NCBI GenBank assembly: GCA_951406725.2
Contig: OX597838.1
Location: 32,302,001-32,366,000 of the forward strand
Direction: 5' to 3'
Source: Octopus vulgaris
Lineage: Eukaryota
Length of the DNA stretch: 64,000 nt
Below the pieces are notes generated by a model. That model searched no databases, was not told the DNA's origin, and worked only from the letters and a program-made list of their open reading frames with translations. Position 1 is the first letter of the stretch, and every line of letters begins with the position of its first letter. The translations under genes and the position numbers were made by a program. Shown here piece by piece: positions 12,316-24,729 of this stretch.

Positions 12316-14944
12316 CGAGAGAGATTTATAGATACATATATATGATGTATACAGCCATAGATATAGGCATATCTATACTTTAAAGCCCCACTAGTTATAC
12401 TTCTGCATAACTTTCTGGAAAAAGCATACTTTTATATATTTTGCTGAGATGTCTTTTCGATGTGTTAAACCTAATTATATTGCGTAACTTCATTCAACAA
12501 GTTCTATTGTTTGGGTGGGGAGCTTTTATGACGATTTTGCTCTCAACAAAGAAGAAAATAGCAAAGTTATATTTAGAAAATAGCAACATCTTCCTCAAAT
12601 CACAACTAACTGTCCCTCTAATTAAAAAAAAAAAAAAGAAAACATTATGTTTCTTTATTACCCACAAGGGGCTAAACGTAGAGGGGACAAACAAGGACAG
12701 ACAAAGGGATTAAGTCGATTACATCGACCTCAGTGCGTAACGGGTACTTAATTTATCGACCCCGAAAGGATGAAAGGCAAAGTCGACCTCGGCGGAATTT
12801 GAACTCAGGACATAACGGCAGACGAAACACAGCTACGCATTTCACCCGGCGTGAAAAAAAAAAAGAAAACATTATTTCAGATATCGTCCAAAGCGCTAAC
12901 TATTTTGTCAATTCAACGTTTGCAGTTCAAATGCCGCCCAAGTTAGAGAAAAATAGGACGTGATAAGTGAAGGCTGAAGCATCTTTGATCAGAGATCTGC
13001 TCCATCAGAGCTGGGCCTGATCTCTAGCAGTCAACGAACAAAAACAATTTGATTTCGTCACTTTACGTTCAGACTTCAAATCCAGCCTGGATAGCAATCG
13101 ATTTAGTTTGTCTTTAATAATTGGCACTCCGTCGGTTACGACGACGAGGGTTCCAGTTGATGCGATCAATGGAACAGCCTGCTCGTGAAATTAACGTGCA
13201 AGTGGCTGAATACTCCACAGACACGCGTACCCTTAATGTAGTCCTCAGGGAGATTCAGCTTGACACAGAATGTGACAAGGTTGTCCCTTTTAAAATACAG
13301 GTACAACTCATTTTCGCTAGCTGGGTGGAGTGGAGCAACATGAAATAAAGTGTCTTCCTTTCTTTTCAGCTAAGATCTATGAGGCCTTGAGAACCAAAAC
13401 TAGAAATCATTGTTCATTAATACCTATTTCTTTACTACCCACAAGGGGCTAAACAAGGACAGACATCGGTATTAAGTCGATTACATCGACCCCAGTGCGT
13501 AACTGGTACTTAATTTATCGACCCCGAAAGGATAAAAGGTAAAGTCGACCTCGGCGGAATTTGAACTCAGAACGTAACGGCAGACGAAATACCTATTTCT
13601 TTACTACCCACAAGGGGCTAAACACAGAGAGGACAAACAAGGACAGGCAAACGGATTAAGTCGATTATATCGACCCCAGTGCGTAACTGGTACTTAATTT
13701 ATCGACCCCGAAAGGATGAAAGGCAAAGTCGACCTCGGCGGAATTTGAACTCAGAACGTAACGGCAGACGAAAGACCGCTGAGCAATTGTTCATTAATAC
13801 CATTATCATCATTCTTGTGTGCGAACGACCGAAGATAAACCGTCAAGTGGTCAACTGACCAGCTAGAAATAGCATTCAGTCCTCCTCAGATCCGTCAAAA
13901 AATAAACTGGATACATTGGATAATGCAGTCCCGGATATCCTAAAATAGTGTGAAGATGTGTTGGCTTAGTGGTTAGGGTTCGGTTCGAGGCCTCAAAGAT
14001 GTGAAATGAATTCATGGAGCGGACAGTGCGTTTTGTCCTTAAGCAAGGCACTTCATTTCACGTTGCTCCAGGTTATTCAGTTGCAAATAAGCCCCCAAGC
14101 AGCTGGTTGCTGGTGTAGCCTTTTCTCTCTCCACTTGTGACATACTGAATGAAAGTTGAAAAGATCGAGAAGTCGGTCTATATCTGCCGAACAATTACAC
14201 CCCATAGGACAATTTCCACCCGACGACAACTACCCGCTCTCCAATATATTAAGAAGCATTAAATTATCTGTTGTCCTCAGGGTAAACGTTAAATCATCTG
14301 TTGTCCATGGCGGGGTAAACATCCTAGACTCGTTTCAATAGCTGCTAATATACCATCACACATATTCCGGTCGAACCAGTCCTCTGTAAATATAACTAGG
14401 ATTGGTACCTCACCAATTTTGATTCCTCATAACTTGCTGAAAAAATGCATATTTTTAAACGATATTTTAGGGAGATATATTTACGAGAATGGAATTTTAT
14501 CTTTAAAACAATTTTGGGGATGAGTTTTTGGATAGTTCTTCCGCCTTCCCGCCTAAATTTTATTTCCATCAATTTCATAGGTTTTTCAGGGGGTTTTTTT
14601 TTTCAGATTTATATCTTTGTATCATCAACATTACGTAATCTACCGTCTCGGAAACGTATTTTCTGCAAATGTCATTTAAAAATTTGCATTTTAAAGAGAG
14701 ATATGAGAAAACAATCGAAGTGTGAAAATGATCGGAAATCCCTTTTAAAATAATTATTACATCTTTTTAAATGTTATAATCGTAATCTCCATTCTCGAAA
14801 ACATATCTCAGCAAAATATCATATAAAAATATGCTTTTTCCAGAAAGTTAGGCAGAAGTATAACCGGTGGGGCCTTAAAGTATAGATATGCCTATATCTA
14901 TGGCTGTATACATCATATATATATATCTATAAATCTCTCTCTCG
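12316..14944. mobile_element. Probable non-autonomous DNA transposon with ~145 bp TIRs and nested SINEs
   Basis: 12316-12460 and 14795-14944 are reverse complements (e.g. gatgtatacagccatagatataggcatatctatacttt / aaagtatagatatgcctatatctatggctgtatacatc). Confidence 0.6.
13419..13785 (-). mobile_element. SINE family B, tandem-dimer form
   Basis: Same gacgaaatacctatttcttt junction as 3369-3787. Confidence 0.8.
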
Positions 14945-16692
14945 CTCTGTGTATATGAATGTATATATATATATGTGTCTATAATTTATTTCGGCTGGTC
15001 CAGTTGTATGTCACTCCGGAGATTCGTCAACGTCTTCGCCGGTGGAAACACAAAAGACAGTTTAAATTCTAACAATAGACAAAAGCTTGCAGCAAACGGG
15101 AACTGACATTACTATTATTATCATTATAGCACCATACCATAATAATAAAGGCTTTTGTATCCTTAACAAATGTGGAATATCTGTATCGTTACAGAAAAGC
15201 TGAATTAAAGTTAACAAAACACGGGCATTCACACGTAATTAAGACAAACACCGTTTGTTAATTGCTTTTTTCAATTACTAAATTAAAACATAACAAATGA
15301 CATCAACAATACATAAATATATATATAAGAACAACTCTAAACGGGAACATATATCTATATTATACACAGATATATATAAACTAAATATTATATATATAAT
15401 ATACATATATATATATGTGTATGTATGTATGTATATATATATTCTATATAAAATGTAATATAGAGTATCATATATATATATATATACACTTATATATATG
15501 TATGTATTTACTGAGAAAGTGTATGGTAGATGAGGCAATAAAATTTTAGGAAAAACTCGATGAATCGGTATTAATTAAGGTAGAAAGAGGCGAAAACGTG
15601 TTGAGCACTTACTGAATCACGTTGTTGTTCTTGCAATGTCTGTGGAACAGAGGAAACGGAAACGACGAACGATTAAAGTTTGGGATGCAAACGAAATGTA
15701 CAACGTGTGTGGGATGGATGATGTGACCAAGTGGAGCTTAAAATTAAATTCATCTGAAACGAAAAAAAAAAAGTCAGTTTGTGAGGCGTTGTTAAAGTCA
15801 TTATGACATTATAATTGTTAATATTAGTTTAGTAATTAGTTACAAAACAATTGTTAATTGGATTTTAAAAACTAAAAACTAAAACCGTACGTATGCAGTG
15901 AAACTAAGTGTTGTTTTTAATATATTTTTACTAAATCGTTATTTTTAACATTTTTAGTATTAATAAAGAATATTTACGTATAGTATAATTTATATTAACA
16001 TAGTAATTATAAAACAATCGTTAACTGGATTGTTTAACTAAAACTTCGTATGCAGAGAAATTTATGAATTTTTAAAAATATCAACTATTAATAAAAAAAA
16101 ATAATAATCACGTAATTATATTAGTATTGATATTAATTGTAATTATCGTTACCCAGATGGCAAAACTTCATTATGTGTTCGATGAAACTAAATTAGTGTT
16201 TAATATGATATTAAACTATTAATTATTTCTAAAATTTACAGTAATATCAATAAAAATAATCGCGTATATAATATTTATATCCTTACTGTAATTAGTTATA
16301 AATATAATATAATCGTTTTTCTTGGGGTGGGGCGTTAAAACTTCATAAAGTGTACAGTGAAACAATGTTAATATTAACCAAACTATTAATTAAAACTAAT
16401 ATATATTATAGTATTATTATTTTTTTTTAATCATTACGTCTTTTTATACTGGTACAATAATTAATTATAAATATGTTATTTGGGTCGTAAAACTGCAAGT
16501 GTGCGTACAATTGAACTAAATTAATGTTCAAATCAATACTTACCAAGATTTGATTGTTAATTAAATGACTGTCATTATGTTATTCTAATATTAGTATTAC
16601 TGTGGTTTATATTCGAAGTCGTTATATTATATTAGAATATAAAGGTTAGTTATAAATGTAACCCTTATTATTGATAAGACTTTGGTCCTTTA

Positions 16693-17056
16693 GTGACTGT
16701 GTGGTAAGTAGCTTGTGCTTACCAACCACATGGTTCCGGGTTCAGTCCCACTGCGTGGCACTTTGGCCAAGTGTCTTCTACTATAGCCTCGGGCCGACCA
16801 AAGCCTTGTGAGTGGATTTGGTAGACAGAAACTGAAAGAAGCCCGTTGTATATATGTATGTGTCTGTGTTTATCCCCCCACCATCGCTTGACAACCGATG
16901 CTGGTGAGTTTACGTCCCAGTAACTTAGTGGTTCGGCAAAAGTGAGTGATAGAATAAGTACTAGGCTTACAAAGAATAAGTCCTGGGGTTGATTTGCTCG
17001 ACTAAAGGCGGTGCTCCAGCATGGCCACAGTCAAATTACTGAAACAAGTAAAAGAG
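16693..17056 (+). mobile_element. SINE family A
   Basis: Family A body and tail. Confidence 0.85.
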
Positions 17057-17092
17057 TGTGTATGTATGTATGTATATATATATATATATATG

Positions 17093-17130
<38 letters not shown>

Positions 17131-17134
<4 letters not shown>

Positions 17135-17896
17135 GTAGTCCGGAAAGTTCGTGCCAATTTATAGTAGCTTACCTTTCGACTTATTTTAGAATATGGTTGA
17201 GTCCATAAAATAGGATTTGACTACACCTCCATTTAGAGCACAGTTTAAGCTTTTTGTGGAAGAAGGTTTATGTTCTTATAACCTGTGTTAATTTTGTAAC
17301 CCTTTAAAATGGAAGATAAGAAAGTTATTTTCAGCACTTGATGCTTTGGGAACCAGACAAAAATTACTGCAGCTCGGCTGGGATGTGTTACCCCACCCTC
17401 CATATTCACCAGATATTGCTCCTTCGGATTTCCACTTATTCAGGTCTCTGCAGAATAGTCTTAACCATTTCGTTACTGTAGTTATTTTGAGATGCTTTGT
17501 GTTTCTTTCAATTACTTTAAATATAACAAAGAATTCAGTAAAATAACTTAGTTATCATTAAGCTAATGTTAGGAACTTAAATTGTGACTAAGGTTTGATG
17601 GAAGATTTTAATTCAAAACTTATGAAAACAAGACATTTGTACTACAGAGCCAGAGCCAGGTTGGTATTGAAAGGGTTAATGGTAAAAATTTCAATTCCTT
17701 GGACGACGTAAAAAGATACCTTGATGAATTCTTTGCCATGAAACCACCTCAATTCTGGGGAGAGGATATTTTCAAGTTAAAGGAAAGATTGTGTAACAAA
17801 ATGGTTCATATTTAGTTGATTAAAAATGTACTGGCAAGTATTTATTGGCCTTTTTCTTTCCTTTAAAAATTGACACAAACTTTCCGGACAACCCAA
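17131..17896 (+). mobile_element. Internally deleted mariner element
   Basis: TIRs ttgggtagtccggaaagtt / aactttccggacaacccaa with TA flanks. Residual [30 protein letters not shown] continues as NGKNFNSLDDVKRYLDEFF after a nested insertion. Confidence 0.9.
17465..17675. mobile_element. piggyBac-like MITE nested in the mariner
   Basis: TTAA on both sides (17461-64, 17676-79); imperfect TIRs ccatttcgttac / gtattgaaaggg. Removing it restores the mariner reading frame. Confidence 0.75.
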
Positions 17897-18985
17897 TACT
17901 TTTCCATCGACTCTTGAGAAATATCTGATGCTCAAGCTTCCTGAAGAAGCAACCAAGTCGTCCTCAAATCAGACTATACTGCCTTAAAAGAACAGGGAAA
18001 TCATATTGGATATGGATAGTGGCCTGGAGCGTGTTTCATCAGTGAGGTCTCACAGCAGCCGAACTTGTCCATAATTGGCACTGTCCTGTCAAACATCACA
18101 TTCGCTGAATTCAATTGAGTTCAACTGAGCAAAATGCTTAGTGGCATTTCATCTGACTTCGTGTTCTGAGTTCAAATTCCACTGAAGTCGACTTTGCCTG
18201 TCATCCTTTTCGGGGTCGATAAAACAAGAACCGGTTGTGCTTCTGAGTGTGTTTTGGCATGGTTTTTACAGCTGGATGCCCTTCCTAACACCAACCACTC
18301 AGCAGAGTGGACTGAGTGCTTTTTACGTGGCACTCACACAGGTGAGGTCAAATTTTGGCATGGTTTTTACAGCTGGATGCCCTTCTAAATGCCAACCACT
18401 TTACAGTGTGGACTAGGTGCTTTTTAAGAGACACCTGCACTGGTGGGGTCACCAAGTGACTTTGCCAGACAAAGAGTCTTTGAGAGATGAGGGGGCACTG
18501 GAGGAGGTGATCTTGTGTCAGAAGATGAAAGATTAGAATGTGAGAGAGAGGCAGGAACAGACGTCTTGCTGTAGAGGAGGTCCATGGTTACTCAGCCTGA
18601 GGCTATAGTAGAAGACACTTGGCCAAGGTGCCACGCAGTGGGACTGAACCCGGAACCATGTGGTTGGGAAGCAAGCTACTTACCACACAGCCACTCCTGC
18701 ACCTATAATAATGAGAAACAACCTGAATCAATTTTTGAGCCTTATTGGGTTCTCACCAGAGGCATCATTCTAGCAGTCTGTGAACTAAATTCAAAATTTC
18801 ACATGTATGTATACATAAGGATAAACATATTAAAAGGGGTCTGTGGGTAAACTCATTTAAATAAAAGAGATCCTCGGATCACTGGATTAGGGTGTAATGA
18901 TGCATGAGATAAAATGTTAAGACAAGGATTGAATGAGAAGGGACATTAGGAAAATGATTGAAGAAAAGAACAATTGTTTGCTACA

Positions 18986-19332
18986 AGGGTTAGAGTTTAG
19001 GGGTTAAGGTTTAGAGTTAATGTTTAGGGTTTAGAGTAAGAGATTAGGGTTATGGTGTAAGGTTAGGTTATGGTTAGAGTTCAGGGTTAGGGGTTGGGGG
19101 TTTAGGGTTAGAGTTCAGGGTTGGGGTTTAGGGTTAGGCTCTACAATTAGAGTTAAGGATTAGGGTTAGGGTTTAAGATTAGGTTCCAGGGTTAGAGCTT
19201 AGAATTGGGGTTAGGGTTTAGAGTTAGGGCTTAGGATGTAGAGTTAGGACTTAAGGTTAGTGTTTAGGATTAGATTCTAGGGTTAAAGTTTAGGGTTAGA
19301 TCACACACTAAAGTGTAAATGGCCAGGGTTAG
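18986..19332 (+). repeat. Degenerate interstitial (TTAGGG)n-like array
   Basis: About 350 bp of ttaggg/ttagag/ttaagg variants. Confidence 0.8.
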
Positions 19333-19823
19333 GGCCTAAAGTGGCACCAAGGTTCAAAACATTTGAGAAGAAAAGAAACAAGAAACACTGACTATTATTT
19401 AAATGGCAGCATATTGTGTTGTGTTTTTTAACCTCAGTTCAGTTCCATCGAGACTATCTCGCCATTCCAGTTCTGAGCATACCAAACAGAATATTGTCTA
19501 ATATGTCATTCCAATGGAATTTACTGGATGAATAAAATACAATACAGGACCAGTTACTCGGCGAGCGTGGTACAGGAAGTGTCCCAAAATATATGTACTT
19601 CAAGGTGGCAGATGTGTTACTGCGCCGGACAAAATGCTTAGCGGCATTTCTTTCGACTTTACCTTCTAAGTTTAAATGCTGCCGGGTTCGACTTTGCCTT
19701 TCATCCTTTCAGGGTCGATAAAATATGTACCAGTTGAACACTGGGTCGATCTAATCGACCTTACCCCTTTCCCCGAAATTGCTGGTCTTGTGCCAAAATT
19801 TGAAACCAGTATATTGTATAGAA

Positions 19824-20140
19824 GTGGAGGCGCAATGGCCCAGTGGTTAGGGCAGCGGACTCGCAGTTGTAGGATCGCGGTTTCGATTCCCAGACCGGGC
19901 GTTGTGAGTGTTTATTGAGCGAAAACACCTAAAGCTCCACGAGGCTCCAGCAGGGGGTGGTGGCGACCCCTGCAGTACTCTTTCGCCACCACTTTCTCTC
20001 ACTCTTTCTTCTGTTGGCCTGCTCGCTTAGCCAGCGGGGTGGCCTCATTTGAAGGCTAAAACAATGTGAAGCGCATTGTGACTAGTGATGTGCAGCAACA
20101 TCTGATAGCCTGGTCAGTCATGGTGATCAGGGTGATATTG
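19824..20140 (+). mobile_element. tRNA-derived SINE (Arg-like head)
   Basis: ggcgcaatggcccagtggttagggcagcggactcgc...ggtttcgattccc, followed by a non-tRNA body. Confidence 0.7.
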
Positions 20141-20457
20141 TATAGGCTTAAAATATGAAAATAGACTATGGAAAGTAAGAACTAAATTGCACTTAACAGA
20201 TTCAAATTAATATGTAGGAGAACGTGATATTTGGCACTTGTTGGGTGACATTTCCTTGGAGTCACTACAAATACATTTCAAAGCAGGGTCTGTTTAATAA
20301 TAAATGCCAAACAGACTATTTATTAATCCACTTAAATATTCTGAAATTATATCATACTGCACCTTGTATACACTACATTGTTTATAAGCTGAAATTAAAT
20401 GAAGACGAGTAAAACAAAAATGATGTTATTTAATAGATAAAGATACAAATATAATAA

Positions 20458-20862
20458 GGATCTTTTCGGTTTGGACGGCAGTTTTTTCTAGCGGAGTCAT
20501 ATGAAATTGTCACCCATAATTATGACCCTAGTATCGATCTATTACATTTCAATCTGTTTTAGGGTTAGGGGTGGGAGAAAAGGGTATCTTTTTCTTCAGA
20601 AATATAAATAAACCCAATCTGTTTCTTAAACGAGGGACATATTCATACGGCACAGAATGTTTATTTCACCTCAATAGACGTCATTGATTGGTTGAAATTG
20701 CAGAAATTGAAGAAAAACAACAACAAATATCTTACAAACTATAGAATTTTCTCAATAAAGCCAAGAGAAAAAGATGTTTTATTCTACCAGTATACGAAGT
20801 TTAAAAGTGTTTAGTTACGTGGAAATTATTTTAAAAAACTGCCGTTCAAACGGAAAACATCC
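20458..20862. mobile_element. MITE of the GGATC-TIR family
   Basis: TIRs ggatcttttcggtttggacggcagttttt / aaaaactgccgttcaaacggaaaacatcc; homologous to 30026-30449. Confidence 0.8.
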
Positions 20863-21385
20863 CTACATTGTTTATAAGCTGAAATTAAATGAAGACGAAT
20901 AAAACAAAAACGATGTTATTTAATAGATAAAGATACAAATATAATAATTCTAAAGCAGGGTATTTTTAATGACAATCTAAATTTTTTTAAAAAGCGATGA
21001 ACAAAACTATTTTAGACACACCGTACGTAAATAAACTAACTTCAAAAAGAAGGTATGTTCATTCAATGCAGAATAGCGCAGTGTATTTCCGGATTTCTGG
21101 AAGCCGGATAAAATATCTGGCGCTGTGTAAGTATTTATATTCATGTGTTTGTATATTTCCCATAACACCGCCGGTTGAAATAAAAATAATCGACCGGTGT
21201 TGTGTCAAAAAAAGCAACCTAGCGACTCAATAAAATAAGTTCCTGATTGAAATGTAGTTGCCGTTCTTTGACGGTTTTAACCCATTGCTTGCCGTGAGCC
21301 CCATTTGGGGATCTGCTAAACACAGTTTCACTGCCGGTTGTTCGTTGTATTTAAAGTGAATTGCTTTTGCATTTGCAGAAATGTG

Positions 21386-21880
21386 GGATCTTTTCGGTTT
21401 GAACGGCAGTTTTTTAAAATAATTTCTACGTAACTAAACACTTTTAAACTTCGTATACTGGTAGATGTGTTTATAAAACATCTTTTTACTCTTGGCTTTA
21501 TTAAGAAAATTCTATAGTTTGTAAGATATTTGTTGTTGTTTTTCTTCAATTTCTGCAATTTCAACCAATCAATGACGTCTATTGAGGTAAAAACAATAGC
21601 TGCCAAAGTCTTTCAACAGCAATTTTTTACGGTGTCATATGAAAATGTCCCTAAGAAACAGATTGGGTTTATTTACTCTTTAGTGTCCACCCATAATTAT
21701 GACCCTAGTATCGAAGTCTATTGCATTTCAATCTGTTTTAGGGTTATGGGTGGGGAGGGTTAGTTAGGGTTAGCGTGAGGAGGGTTGGTTAGGGGTGGGG
21801 GAAGGGTATCCTTTTTTCTTCAGAAATGTAAATAAACCCAATCTGTTTCTTAGGGACATTTTCATATGACACCGCAAAAA
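21386..21880. mobile_element. Rearranged GGATC-family MITE
   Basis: One TIR at 21386, followed by family segments in both orientations. Confidence 0.65.
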
Positions 21881-21889
21881 ATTACCAAC

Positions 21890-22162
21890 GTCGCCTCACT
21901 GGTACCTGTGCCGGTGGCATGTGCAAAAAGATTCGAGTGAGGTCATTGCCAGTACTGCCTGACTGGGCCCCGTGCCGGTGGCACGTAAAAAGCACCCATT
22001 ACTCTCTCGGAGTGGTTGGCGTTAGGAAGGGCATCCAGTTGTAGAAACCCTGCCAGATCAAGATTGGGGCCTGGTGCAGCCATCTGGTTTGCCAGACCTC
22101 AGTCAAAATCGTCCAACCCAAGCTAGCATCGAAAGCGGACGTTAAACGATGATGATGATGAT
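21890..22162 (+). mobile_element. SINE-like family C
   Basis: Family C 3' motifs and (TGA)n tail. Confidence 0.75.
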
Positions 22163-22184
22163 GTAGTTGGTATTGGTGACCCTC

Positions 22185-22478
22185 AAAATGTTATGGACTC
22201 CAAAAGAAATTGCATCAGTGGTCGAAGCATACTTCACCAGCCAAAGATACATCATTGCAGCCGAAAGAAAATTCTGACAGCATTTTGGAAAGTGACAAGC
22301 ACCATCTCGTGTGCTGCCACAAACTTTTGTGAGACAGGCAATAGCAGCCATTCCAGTTGATATGCTAAGCTGCAGTGTGCTAGATATGAGAAAGCGAGCT
22401 CGTGAATGTTCTGTTGGTGATGGTGACCATCTCCATGAAGTATTATTTAAATCTTAGATAAAATGTTGAACCCCTGTA
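22185..22478 (+). mobile_element. Internally deleted Tc1/mariner-superfamily remnant (DUF4817-like N-terminus)
   Basis: MLWTPKEIASVVEAYFTSQRYIIAAERKF*QHFGK*QAPSR joined to a C-terminal-like RARECSVGDGDHLHEV; ends cccctg-ta. Confidence 0.5.
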
Positions 22479-22480
22479 TA

Positions 22481-22776
22481 TCTTTATATATAAAAGTGAA
22501 GTTGTGTGTCTGTCTCCTACGATTTAGATTCCTAACTACTCCTACATTTTGCGGTGCAGTGTAACCAAAAGCGGGTATCTTATAGTCGTGATTCATATCG
22601 AGCCCTTCTGGGTATTAGCGCGCGTCTACGATGAGTCTACGATTTAAAAAAAATTTACCATCATTTTCTTTCCATTTTTAATGCATTTTTTTGCTGTTTT
22701 TTGGCTATAACTCTCTAAAAATGCTTATATAGTTATTTCCCTTACAAACCCGAGCAACGCCGGGCGATACTGCTAG
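22481..22776 (+). mobile_element. Non-autonomous Helitron
   Basis: Starts TC, has a subterminal hairpin cccgagcaacgccggg, ends CTAG, and sits between A and T with no TSD. Confidence 0.8.
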
Positions 22777-23311
22777 TCAGTTATGTAATAAATACATATA
22801 TTTGGTACTCTATGTTATTTTCATAATCCAAGATACCTATTTCTTTACTACCCACAAGGGGCTAAACACAGAAGGGACAAATGGATTAAGTCGATTATAT
22901 CGACCCCAGTGCTTAACTGGTACTTAATTTATTGACCCCGAAAGGATGAAAGGCAAAGTCGACCTCGGCGGAATTTGAACTCAGAACATAGCGACAGACG
23001 AAATACTGCTAAGCATTTTGCCCGGCATGCTAACGTTTCTGCCAGCTCCCCATCATAATCCAAGATACCAGCGTTTAAAATGTGTCCCATCATTATGGCC
23101 CAATCTTTCTCTGTTGCCTCTTGGACCCTCTACTCTGAGTTGTTTTCTTGCACAGCCTCCCACTTCATCATTGGCACTATTTCATCTCTTGGTGCTATTG
23201 TTGGGTATTCTGTCTTTGCCCGAATACCCAAACAATCTCCTAACCCTCCCACTGCATTGCAACTGTCTTCACAACAGGGCTGTCTCAGCAGTATCATAAG
23301 CCCTCAGTTGA

Positions 23312-23625
23312 AGGCGCGTGACCTAGAGGTTAGTGTATTTGGCTCACGATCGTAATGTTACAAGTTCGAATCCCGGCGACTCATTGTGTTCTTAAGCAAG
23401 ACACTTTATTACACGTTGCTTTAGTCCACTCACCTGGCATAAATGAGTAGTACCTGTAATTCGAAGGGAGGGGGCAGCCTCGTCACATTCTGTGTAACGC
23501 TGAATCTCCCTGAGAATTACATTAACGGTACACGTGTCTGTGGAGTACTCAGCCAGTTGAATATTAATTTCACAAGCAGGCTGTTCCATTAATCGGATCT
23601 TCTGGTACATCCATCATCATAACCA
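23312..23625 (+). mobile_element. tRNA-derived SINE (family D)
   Basis: B box gttcgaatccc. Its 3' part matches the minus-strand copy at 13120-13360. Confidence 0.7.
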
Positions 23626-23629
23626 ACTG

Positions 23630-23937
23630 AAGGTTAGGGGTGGGGGAAGGGTATCTTTTTTTCTTCGCAAATGTAAATAAACCCAATCTGTTTCTTAAAG
23701 GAGGGACATATTCATACAGCACGGAATGTTGTTTACCTAAATGGAGGTCAGCGATTGGTTAAAATTGCCGAAATGCTCGATTTTTAAAGTGGAAATATCT
23801 TACAAACTATAGAATTTTCTCAATAAAGCCAAGAAAAAGTGATGTTTTATAAACACATTCTACCAGTATACGAAGTTTAAAATTTTTTAGTTACCTAGAA
23901 ATTGTGTTGAAAACTGCCGTTCAAAAGGAAAAGATTC
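23630..23937. mobile_element. GGATC-family MITE, partial
   Basis: Matches the right two-thirds of 30026-30449, including the right TIR. Confidence 0.7.
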
Positions 23938-24306
23938 GATATTTGTCCTCATCTCGTTTATTGTTACCACAACGTTTCAGCTGATATACCCTTCAACCTT
24001 CACCAGATGTCTTGGGGAAATTTCGAACCTGGGTTTTCATTCCTAAGGTATATTTCGATGTTGTTGTTGTTGTTATTATTATTATTATTATTCAGGTCAC
24101 TGTCTGGAATCGAACTCGGAATCTTGGGGTTAGTAGCCCGCGCTCTTAACCACTACGCCACGGGCTTATGGCGTAGTGGTTAAGAGCGCGGGCTATTAAC
24201 CCCAAAATTCCGAGTTCGATTCCAGGCAGTGACGTGAATAATAATGATAATAACATCGAAAAATACCTTAAGAATGAGAACCCAGGTTCGAAATTTCCCC
24301 AAGACA
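23938..24306. mobile_element. tRNA-headed hammerhead element, head-to-head palindromic copy
   Basis: Arms 24007-24160 and 24169-24306 are inverted. The left arm extends to a degenerate HHR (CUGGUGA core) on the minus strand. Confidence 0.7.
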
Positions 24307-24729
24307 TTTTGCCTGGCGTGCTAACAATTCTGGCAGCTTGCAGTCTTCAGTCGATTAATAAATATTCAACAACGTGTATTAATTTGAATATGTTAAATAT
24401 TATTTAGCCCATTACATTTCATGGTTGTATTTTATATTTCAAGAATATTTAGAATGTCTTCAGAAAATCGGAAAATCCAGAAATCCGGGACAATTCGGGT
24501 CCCAAATTTGCCGGATTTCTGGTCGGGTACAGTAAAAAAAATATTATCCCAGCATCAAGTCAAAAATTATTCTCGTTTGTCAGAGTTGTTTCCCTTCATT
24601 TACGTCAACTCGTTCTCAGTCTTTTTTGGCCTTGGAAATATCTTAAAGAACCTGCAATCACAGAATGAATATTATTTGGTATTCCATAGATTATAAACAC
24701 CGGAAAGAGAAATATTTTTGTGGTTCTTC

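Noticed and set aside
15001-15106. Plus-strand peptide LYVTPEIRQRLRRWKHKRQFKF as a coding last exon
   Set aside because: Short, weak acceptor, no recognisable family and no upstream exons found.
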